Shown here piece after piece: positions 54,127 through 64,000 of a stretch of 64,000 nucleotides of DNA (the first letter of the stretch is position 1; each line of letters begins with the position of its first letter). The position numbers and the translations under genes are program-made. The notes below the pieces were generated by a model. The model did not search any database, was not told where the DNA came from, and saw only the letters and a program-made list of their open reading frames with translations. The stretch comes from Paraspadella gotoi (taxonomy: Eukaryota > Animalia > Chaetognatha). The DNA is taken from contig CM119266.1 in assembly GCA_051294375.1 (NCBI GenBank), forward strand, positions 24,230,411-24,294,410. Direction: 5' to 3'.

Positions 54127-54127
54127 G

Positions 54128-54339
54128 ACGCTACGCGGCCGCGACGTCCCTCAGCCCTCACCACGCTGCGGCGGCGGCGGCGTCCTTCGACAACCCCTCG
54201 CTCTACCCTTCGGCGGCGGCGGCAGCGGCGGCTGCTGCTGCTGCGGGCTTGACGTCGACCCAGCAGTACCTCGCGGGCGTGACGGGCTACTCTTCCCACC
54301 GAGGCCTCGACTTCAACAAGATTGACACTAACTGCTTAG
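54128..54339 (+). CDS. Post: Posterior Hox gene, internal exon
   Basis: Acceptor (CT)n-CCAG|A at 54127/54128 completes an AGA codon. Reads RYAAATSLSPHHAAAAAASFDNPSLYPSAAA...GLTSTQQYLAGVTGYSSHRGLDFNKIDTNCL. Donor TAG|GTGAG at 54339/54340, phase 1. Confidence 0.85.
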
Positions 54340-54390
54340 GTGAGGATGCGGCTGGAAACCCTTTCATGTCTGCCGACGAAAGGCTTGGTA

Positions 54391-54478
<88 letters not shown>

Positions 54479-55378
54479 TCTCCAACGGATAGAATTCCTC
54501 TCTCGAGGAGTGAAGAAAAACGTTAAAAACTTAGAATTCGGTTTTAATGGATTTTTAAAAGCCGGGCCTGGCGGAAACGGCAAAAGTGCGCAAAAGGAGG
54601 GCGGAGACGGATGTTTATATGACAAAAATAGGTTAATAATTCACGAAGTTGCGTATACAAATATTTTTTTCTCTATTTTTATATTTGTTTTTGTTTGTGT
54701 TTCCCTTTTTTTGGGGAAGGGGCAAGGATAGCTTTATCGTGTTCAAATTTACAATCACGAATTATAACTTTTAATAGGGACCAACTCCAGAGATAATATA
54801 AAATTTCGACTATTAGCAAAGTACTTTTAGTTGTCTTGACTAAATATTTAAACAATCATTTTCATATAATTCTGATAGAGCATTAAAAGTTAAATAAGAA
54901 ATATAATTACAGCTTTTAAAAATTCTTACGTTTTCTATGTGAAAAAATAAAAACTGATAAAATCATCGAAAGATGATGATGATGATGATGATTTTTTACG
55001 GTTTTTCTTATTTTTGACTCACTTATCATGAGAATTATACTTTGTGCAGACAACTTTTTATGAGCTATCTGAATCTGGTCTTAAAATTTAAAAATTATCA
55101 AAAAAAATTTTGGCCTTTCCTATTTATAAATAAATATTAAAAAACTAATTATTTGGGTATAGAGCCACATAAGAAATGTTTTTGTCCATTGAAAGTATAC
55201 TTAAAAATGTATAAATTTTCGTTTGAGCATATAATCATTCTAAATTTTTGATTCACTCCATTGAGTGGGGTTACCCCTACTTTTAACATAAAATTTTTTG
55301 CAATTAAGTTTCTCTACTATGTATGTATACTAATTACAACCACGCGAGTTCGATTGTATAGGTGGTAATATCGGTGGT

Positions 55379-55420
55379 GGCGGTGGCGGTGGCGGTGGCG
55401 GTGGCGGTGGCGGTGGCGGT
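55379..55420. repeat. (GGCGGT)7 hexanucleotide repeat in Hox intron 2
   Basis: Seven perfect units. Confidence 0.9.
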
Positions 55421-56237
55421 GTCTGGCTGAGAGCTGAACGTCATCGTCGGCTTCTCTTTGTGGTCAGATCTCCTGAGGAGATCGCGTCATTTATGAGCCT
55501 CGTGATTTCTGGTCTCGACGGTCGAGCGCTGCAACGGGGCATCTCACCCATAGCGACCCTCTCTCCCATGCCACTCCTCCACAGTTTGGAGTTTGCACCC
55601 ATGGCAGCCTTGTCCTTGGAGTGAATTTATAGTCATTTTGTTATGGGTAGTCGACCAATCACCGTCGAATCTTCCAAAAGTCCGCCAATCATATTTCTAA
55701 AAATAAATATTAGTTTTTTCGTGTTATAAATTTTTCTTTATATTTCATTCGTGAATTATTTATCATTCTGTGTCTTTAAATTTTCTCTTCGATGACAATG
55801 AGATGCAAATATTATTAATCAGCTCAGCGGAAAGATTTTAATTTCCGGAATTTGAGGAACAGCTGAAAGAGAGAAAATTAACTTGTTATTGAAAACCGAA
55901 GGAGAGATAATTAAAGTTGCGGTATTACTTTAAAAAAAACACACAGTTAAGTGTTAACAGATAACGACAAAGTTATTTTCATTGCGTATTACGTGTTTTT
56001 TTATTGCTGGGAAAATTTTTATTCCTAGGATTTTTTTGATAACAAGGTCGCACGCGATATACGTCAGAAAAAATAAACATTTGTCAATTTTATGGAGAAA
56101 AGGAGTAACCATTGTTTTATGCTCTGTAATTACCTGGCGCCAAATAATTATTTTTGACGTAAAAAGATTCCGAATTTCGGCGTTTTTGAAAGAAACTGGC
56201 GACAAGTAAACAAGACTTTCTTTTTTATTTTTTTTTT

Positions 56238-56345
56238 TAAAACTTTTTTTTTCATTTGTTGTTTTTTTTTTTAACTTTTTTTTTCATTTGTTGTTTTTTT
56301 TTTTTTTAACTTTTTTTTCATTTTTGTTGTTTTTTTTTTTTTTTT
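56238..56345. repeat. T-rich ~30-35 bp tandem repeat
   Basis: aacttttttt(t)cattt(tt)gttgttttttt repeated three times. Confidence 0.75.
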
Positions 56346-57629
56346 ACTCACCTCTTTCGTTTCTCTTTGGTACTTGTCCTGTAGAATATTCCATTTTCTG
56401 GTTGGGGTCATTGAACAAGTGTACCTTTAGATTTATTCGGCACGTCGAGTAGGCTCTTCAGATTGTCAAATGAGGTCGCGGGTTCCTCGTTAACGGGCAG
56501 ATGACGGTTTTTAATTTTTTTTTTAAAAACCCTTAGTTCTGAAAATTTCGGCGATCATTTGTTTTCCAGATGTCCGAAATTTTTTTTATGTCTTTGTGTT
56601 GAGTATGTTTCGCCATAAGGGATATATTGAAATGTTTTGAGACTAAGTCTATAATCGTATATAATCGTATATAATCATATATATAATGAATTCGAAGCAA
56701 GTACTTTTGCGTAATCTGTAAATCATAAGTAAATTTCACGTTGACAATTTAAATTTAAATTTATTAAAAAATTAATAAATTAGCAACTTACTACGAAAAA
56801 CGATGACGCTCTGACCAAACTCTTCTCGTACCCGAGATATAACCGGGTCCCGGCGTAACCAGACTCGATGACAGAGAATCGGTGATAGATCACAAAAGGT
56901 AAAAACAAGCGGCGAACATCAAGGAAGCGCCGGTGCCCTTTATCGCGATCGCTCGAGAGACGCTGGAATAATTTAAAGCCTCCGTTAATAACCGGGGTGT
57001 CACTCGTCGAAGGGAAGGGAGGAAGAGGAGGGAGGGAGTAAGAGGAGGGAGGGAGGGAGGAGAAGAGGCGAGGCGGGAGGAGTAAGGGAGGAGATAAAGG
57101 ACGGATTTTGGTCGAGATCGGCGATGAGTGGTTTACATGATTTGTTATCGGCTCGGAGTCTGGAACATCGTTCCGCAGTTTTGTGGTAATTCTTTTTTTT
57201 TCTGGGGGGGGGCGGGGGAGCGGTTAGGGATGAGGGAATCATGGGGGTTCGCTCTTGAGTACAGGTTCAACTTTCTTAGTGCATCGGAAAAAAAAATTTT
57301 AAGAATTATTTGTTGCAATTTGATAGTTTTTTTGGTCTTTGCTTGCCAAAAGGAAAATAATGAAATTACGAGATATCGTAGTCGTCTGACTTCAAGGTGC
57401 ATATTTGCATATGAATTAAATAAAATTATTCTTAACTTTCATCATTTTCCAAAAACAATTCAAATTATAAATCTTGCCAGTTCTTTGAAAAACTAGATGA
57501 TCTTATTTGTCCTATTTTCTCTTAAAACTCTCTCTTCCCACTTATCTGCTTATTTAAACTTTCCATACCCCTTAATCTTTTTCATTCTTCCCCCTTCCCC
57601 CTTTCCACTCCGACCCCTACCTCTTCTAG

Positions 57630-58219
57630 ACCCCACGAACTTTTTCCACGCCTGCACCTCGGGCGGAAAGTGTCGAACGAAGCGAAAGCCCTACGAGAAG
57701 TGGGTGACGTACCTGCTGGAGGAAGAGTATCTCTCCAACACCTACATCACTAAGCAGAAGCGGTACGAGCTGTCGTACCGCACCAGCCTGACGGAGCGCC
57801 AAGTCAAAATCTGGTTCCAGAATCGGCGGATGAAGAGCAAGAAGCTGCGGGAGCGCTCCACCTCCGTCGCCGGCGGCAACGGCGACGACGAAGTCGACTC
57901 CGACGACGATCTCGACGACGACGACGCCGACATCCCCGGCGGCGCTTCGCCGTTGGCCGCCGCGTCGGTCGGCGCCAACGGCGGCGGCGGCGCAAGCGGC
58001 GAGGGAGTGGCGCCGCCAAAGGCTCACGCCCCGACCGCAGGGGGCGCCACCGGGGCTCCTCGCTCCCCGCCCCCGGCCCACGCGGCCCACGGCGCCCCGG
58101 GCACTAAGATTCATCACCCGCTCATGGGCGCCAACGAGAACGTGGATCCGAAATCGCTGGCGCCGACGATGTCGTCGGTCAACGCCCACTTGAAATCCAT
58201 GGTGGAAGCGGAGCGGTGA
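57630..58219 (+). CDS. Post: Posterior-class (Abd-B/Post/Hox9-13) Hox homeodomain transcription factor, terminal homeobox exon
   Basis: Pyrimidine tract and TAG|AC acceptor at 57629/57630 (phase 1, completes GAC). Homeodomain 57671-57850: [60 protein letters not shown], with the posterior KRKPY arm and Q50/M54. Acidic and Gly/Ala/Pro tail. TGA at 58217-58219. Confidence 0.95.
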
Positions 58220-58375
58220 AGTCGCTCGACCAAAGATTGGAGAGACAATCAATCGTTTTTATCTTTTATTTTTTTTTTTACTATCGACCCGATATTTGAT
58301 AACGAGGTACCACTAAATAAATTTTTAAAAAATGATCTCTGTTTGTCTGTCTTTCTAACTTTTGACTCTCCTCTT

Positions 58376-58446
<71 letters not shown>

Positions 58447-59575
58447 CCTCTCTCTCTCTTTATCTCTCTCTCAATACCTTAAAAGGTTATTTTTTATACA
58501 AAACTTAGAATAACACCAAGTTTTACATGCCATGTTTCTTCGAGACGGCGCCGCATCTCCATTGCCGCGTCTCGCCATGCCGCGTCTCGCCATACGGTCC
58601 ATACGTGACAACGTCGCGATTAGGATCAAAACTTCAGGCCCCTTCGTTCGCCCCCCCTTTCCCCTCTCCTTATCCCCCTCCTCCTCCTCTCCCTCTCCCC
58701 CGACTTTCCCTCTTTACCGAACAGGCGCTGGTTGACGCTTTCGGTTCAATTATTTTCTTTTATTTTAATCACATATTATTTGCGCCGCGTTATTTACGTT
58801 ATGTGAGATTATCTTTTAATAAAGACAGTTTATTATTATTAGTATGTCAACTCGACCCGTTCGATTGTGATTTATTTTTTTTTGGTTTCTAGTCATTTTA
58901 AATCGTCTCTCGTTTATTCCATACCCCGCATAATTTTGTTGAACTTTTTATTAGTTTTAATTTATACGTTCGTTTTGTTCTATTATTTATGAAAAGCCCT
59001 AAAAACTGCTTTCTCTCGCATCGGAAAAAAGGCTTTTTTAAAAAAGTTCTCTCCGCTAAAAAAAAAACCAGTCATGAGGTACAACATATCCTATAAGTGT
59101 TTGTCTATATGCACATGTTACATGTTTTCTTTTTTAATTTCGAATTTAAAGACACGACGCTATCCTCTTTTTTTTAATTTGTTTTTCTGTTTAATAAGTA
59201 ACCATCTGAAAAAAAAAAGAAAAGTTAAGACAAAAAGGTCATAAGACAGGACGGGAAGTCAATAAAGATCGAGGTAGACAACAAGGAACACCTGTTTCCC
59301 CTGAGGTAATTAGACTATCAATGCCATTCTTTTTTTTTGTAATAACTTGTGATACTTTACACTTTATTGATTCTGTGAATTTCGCAAAAAAAAAAATGTA
59401 CGACAAAAAAAAATAATAAAAAAATAAAACAAAAAATTGATTGTACTCAGACATGTCCTGTTGTGTAATCATTCCTGTACTACTTACCATTGTATACAAG
59501 TATGTACGTCCTATCATCTACACATTCTTATTAAAACAATTGTCTCCTGTCATTATTTGAGAAAAAAATAAACCT
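58220..59575 (+). other. Probable 3' UTR of the Hox gene with several candidate polyadenylation signals
   Basis: T-rich sequence after the stop. AATAAA near 58316, 58818, 59261 and 59567, and ATTAAA near 59530. The true end cannot be determined. Confidence 0.4.
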
Positions 59576-61282
59576 GTTTAACTTGAACCTTCTCGGTCAT
59601 TTCTGTCTGTTCCCGTGGCTGCTTCGCCGTCCCTATCTTTTTACCGGGTCTCGGTATTAAAAAGTGGACGCTTAAACGATTATACGAATTTAAATGGGCA
59701 TAAAAAATGGGCATAAACGTTGATTTATAATGTGTTACCGTAAAACTGCATTCATTCACCCTCGGAAAAAAAAAGAAAGAGAGAGAGGGCAATTAACGCC
59801 TGTTGATCTCGGCTCGAGAAGAAAGAAAGAGAATCCCCTCGTTTTTAATTTTATAATTTTAAAGTTTTTTTTTTTTAGAACTTTTTTTTTCTGGTCGAGG
59901 ACCCAATTGAATAATTGTTCATTGAGAAATAATAAACGTCGTGAAGAAAATTAAGCCGCGCGGAATTTGGCGCTTTTTATCTTTAACACACACACACGCA
60001 CACACACAAGAAAAACACTACACACACAACACACACACGATACGTATCTTATGCGGGAGAAAGAAAAGCCGACGGGACAGAGGTTTCCCTTTCGAACCTG
60101 TCTGACGGCCGCGTTTATGTCAAAAAGAGAGAAGGCGGTGCTCATTGTGCGAAGAAAAAAAAAAGCATATATGTTCTTCTCTTTCGCGCGCGGAGCCACA
60201 TCTGTCACGCTGACCCGAAAATTTACTGGCGAAGGAGTTTCGTTCCGAAAGGTAATCGGCGTTTGAAAGAATTTTCTTGAAGGCGAAAGAGATAATCGAA
60301 TAAAATAAAAATATAATATGAACGAATTATCGAAGTCGCTAGGAGAATTTAAAAAGATAGTAGAGAAGGAAAACGGCTAAGAAAGATTCGACCAGCTTTA
60401 ATAAAGCCTTTAGATTAATTCACGGTTCATTCTCAAACCTTACTACTATAATTCATCAGGCCAGCGTCCGAAAAGGCCGATAGCCAACCTCTCTTCTCAT
60501 TGCTAAAGAACGAAATGATTCTCCGACTCTTTAGCGAGCCAACGCGGGCCGGAAGCTCGGACCCTTGCCGTAACCTCTCGGGCTCTGGATCGCCGACCCG
60601 GCACACCTCCCGCCCTCCATCGCAGCCCCGGCCGAGGGCGGCCTCTATCGGCCATATGCCCCGCTTCACGGACGGCAATCGAGAGCGAGCAAGAGAGAGT
60701 AGGAAAAAAAAGGAAAATCACGAGGGCATCAAAACGTCATTTCGTGAAAGAATGTGAACCTAATATCTTTCCCTATTAGGTTCTCTCTCTTTTCTCCCCC
60801 TCCTTTTCCCTCTCCGGGCAATCATTCTCCCTGTTTATTGCCCCACTAAAAATCTCCACTTCTTTTTCCTTTCTAACATTTTTTTCTCTACTTCTTCCAC
60901 TTTTGCTTTTAAAGGAAAAAAAAAGTTGAAGACATTTTTTGAGCTCGAAGAAGAAGCGAGTCGAATCGATCGAGCGAGGAATTAAGAGCGAGATGGGATA
61001 CAGCGTAAACCAGAAAATCTGTGACAAATAATCATCTAGTAGTTCGTTAGACACTGTCCATAAATTGGACTCAGAGGTATGTTCAAAATAAAATTTACTA
61101 TTATTTCCGTGTCCAACTTAATGGAGTTTCCTAAAAGTAATGAGTTTGACATTTCTGCATTCCTTTCGTCTCCCTCAGCCACTCACACGTATTTGTCCTC
61201 GGCTTCTTTTAAAACCCCACATAGCCAAGGACCCCTTTTCGCCACCCCTTTCGTTTTTAGCAGATTTAGCGCAAAACACCCA

Positions 61283-61367
<85 letters not shown>

Positions 61368-62402
61368 CTTTTATTCTTTCTTTCTTTCTCTCTCCCATTT
61401 TCCAGCACAATTTGTTGTCCGAGTCATTTTAGTTAACTTTCAGAGCACACTGATATTTAGCTTTTAAGTATATTTCCTGTCGTTTCGTTTAAATTCTTTA
61501 CAGTACATATTCTTTAAATTTTCCATAAATATTCCATTAATTAAAGTTAAATAAACAGTAAATACCCTTTGAATTACCCTTTGATCAAAATAAATCATCC
61601 ATCTATTTTTGTCCTTTTGACTCGTCATCTGCAATGCTCTCACGAAGCCAGGAGAAACATATGTGGTCTTTGTAAACCGTCCTGATCATAATGATTATTG
61701 TTAACACCTTTCTTTCAGTGCAATTATACCATAGTAATCGTAATCTCCCGTCCCCTCGCGAAAGTCACAACCGGCCATCTGTCGGAGTCCTGCAACAACT
61801 ATTAAGATTTTTTTTTTTGGTTTTCAAACAAAAAAAATTTCGCATGCAGAACAAAGATTAAGGAGAACGACGAACAGATGAACATCGGACGAAATGTGTT
61901 ATTTTAGTTTGATGAGTATAGAATAAAAAATAGCATTAAAATCAAAGAAAAAAAGCAGTTTCAAATTGAAGAAAGAAAAAAAGAAACAAAGCGAGAAAAA
62001 AAGCGAATAACAAAGAAAGAAAGATAAAAACCGTTTCTTTTACCTTTAATTGAAAAAAAAAATAAACAAATGAAAAGAAAAACAAACCTTACACCGAGAG
62101 AAACTGACTGGGAAAACTCGATTCAAATCCTTTGACCTTCAAGTCTCCTCTCCCTCCTTTCCCATCTTCCTCCCCACCACTTCCCCACTCCCTGCTCCAG
62201 CTCACTAACCCCTTCTCCCACCCGGGGGAGCTTTCTTTATTTTACAAGGTTGGAACCTCGTTTGTGTTTAACTCTTCGCTTCGCTCCCTTTCACGACTTC
62301 GCCGAGTCACGATTCTTTGGCTTTTGTTGTCTTTTTATTTCTTGTCTCATTCATTTATGTTCGTCATAAAATTGATGGCGGCCCCCGCCTCGCCCAGGCC
62401 TC

Positions 62403-62404
<2 letters not shown>

Positions 62405-62498
<94 letters not shown>
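62405..62498. repeat. (CT)n microsatellite
   Basis: Perfect dinucleotide run. Confidence 0.95.
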
Positions 62499-62501
<3 letters not shown>

Positions 62502-64000
62502 CGGGTATCTTTTACTGCTCCGCCCAGGGTTTAAAGACTGATCCTCCGATGGTAGCGCTGTGCCAAATGGTTTTTATCGGGTTTAGCATCGAATTTATCG
62601 GTTTTACCGTTTTTCTCTTCGTTCTCGAAAACGCGCCGTGTCTCGCTTCGCCCTTACCTTTTCTCCACGTTTTTACATCTGGGTTTTAGTTGGGCATTTT
62701 TAGGAATTAAAAGTGTTACTGTTGGAGGGTAATATTTTCTTTTTTTACCCAGAAATCTAAAAAAGTTTTATATATACTGCAAAATCGCGTATTAATAAAC
62801 TCTGGTTTTCTAAGCTATTTACCCGTGTTTGGCTTTTCTTGGAATGCACATTGCATTCGGAGTACTCGGAGCAAACCTTTAAGTAACTTTTCGGTCCAGT
62901 CGGTGCGTCTGTTGTCCTTTTTAAATGCTCTGGTATTTTGATTATTTTTATAGTAATAAGTGGTAGTAAGGTAGTAACACTATGCGATGCATTACTGTTG
63001 TTGCACTTTTGTTTCCTATTTGTGCAGTCACGTAATCATCAGGGAATGACTGCACATTCTACAAAAGACGCCGTCGAACTTGTTAAATAAGTATTGAGAA
63101 ACCGAGAATAAAATTTTTAAGCGTCCACTAAGAAAGCAATAAAAAAAACTGCGCGCCCTCTTACGGCGAACCACTTTGCGTGCGTCGAGGCGCTGACTTG
63201 GTCCCGTCTCGCGAATCGGACTGAAATCAAAGGCGACCCCGCAGAGAAGTCGCTCGTCCTTCCTCGATTCGGACATTCGCTACCGATGACAATTATCCTC
63301 CGCGTCAAAATTTAGACCGGCCGCCCCCTCTACGGCCACCGCCGACGCAGCCACCGCTGCATCCGCCGCCGCCGCCGCAGCCCCGACGAACGCCGACCGC
63401 CTCCGTCCCCGCGGCGGCTTGACTTTGATCCGAGCGAAGTTTTGATTGGAAAATTGGGAATCGCCGAGAATCCATCGATCATCCGAGAGAGAGAGAGACG
63501 AGAGAGAGAGATGAAGAGAGAGAGAGAGGAGAGAGAGGAGAGAGGGGAAGAGAGAGAGAGAGACGGACTTATGAATAAATTAGTAACGCGCGAAAGTCAA
63601 TGAATTAATGAGGGAGGCGCCAGTGAATGTTCGAATCATGATAGTTTAAATTTCTAAAAGAAAGAAATATTGTTAAACTAAAAGTACGTCAGTCAATACT
63701 AAGAATATCCGACGAGACACTTGATTATACTACTTCCTCAGCGTTGACAATCAATGAAATAGATAATCAATTCGGCGAAAACGAAATGAATACCGGTCAT
63801 GGATGGAACAGAAAAAAGAAACAAACTATAAATCAGGAATGAAAAAGGAATGGCCTCGCGCTTCCGGCCCTAAAAGAATCGACGAGCTGCCCTCAAAATA
63901 TCGTTAAAAACGATTCAAGGTTGTGCACCTGTTTAAAGTGTATCTCGGATATCAATAAAAAACTGATTATGACTTCCACTGACATTGTTTTTAGTTTTTA

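Noticed and set aside
57497-57629. N-terminal 44 residues of ORF 57497-58219
   Set aside because: This is the intron polypyrimidine tract. The phase-compatible acceptor is at 57629/57630.
57626-58252. Antisense ORFs over the Hox exons (also 52603-52904 and 53853-54299)
   Set aside because: Shadow frames of GC-rich coding DNA.

Overview
Eukaryotic (animal) genomic scaffold, rich in (CT)n/(GA)n microsatellites, with eight N gaps. The only host gene I can support is a divergent posterior-class (Abd-B/Post/Hox9-13) Hox gene on the + strand. Its spliced exons are 52524-53208, 54128-54339 and 57630-58219, with consistent splice phases and the homeodomain at 57671-57850. The 5' part of its first coding exon survives only as a small + strand island between gaps (47699-47821) and as an indel-rich inverted copy (47847-48543). 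The window begins with a near full-length but frameshifted non-LTR retrotransposon (LINE: gag-like ORF1 with CCHC knuckles, ORF2 with APE and RT) at about 1-4965. About 42 kb between the LINE and the Hox gene contains no gene I can identify, but has many candidate cis-regulatory features: CCAAT arrays, YY1/Pho-like motifs and Hox/Cdx-type sites. Three noisy duplications (about 12.9/14.2 kb, 23.7/34.3 kb, and inverted 43.3/52.5 kb) each abut a 25-N gap and are most likely long-read gap-filling artefacts. I found no convincing wholly new biological system. The best leads are the unusual Hox protein motifs, a 23-bp phased CCAAT array and a candidate antisense promoter inside the Hox intron.
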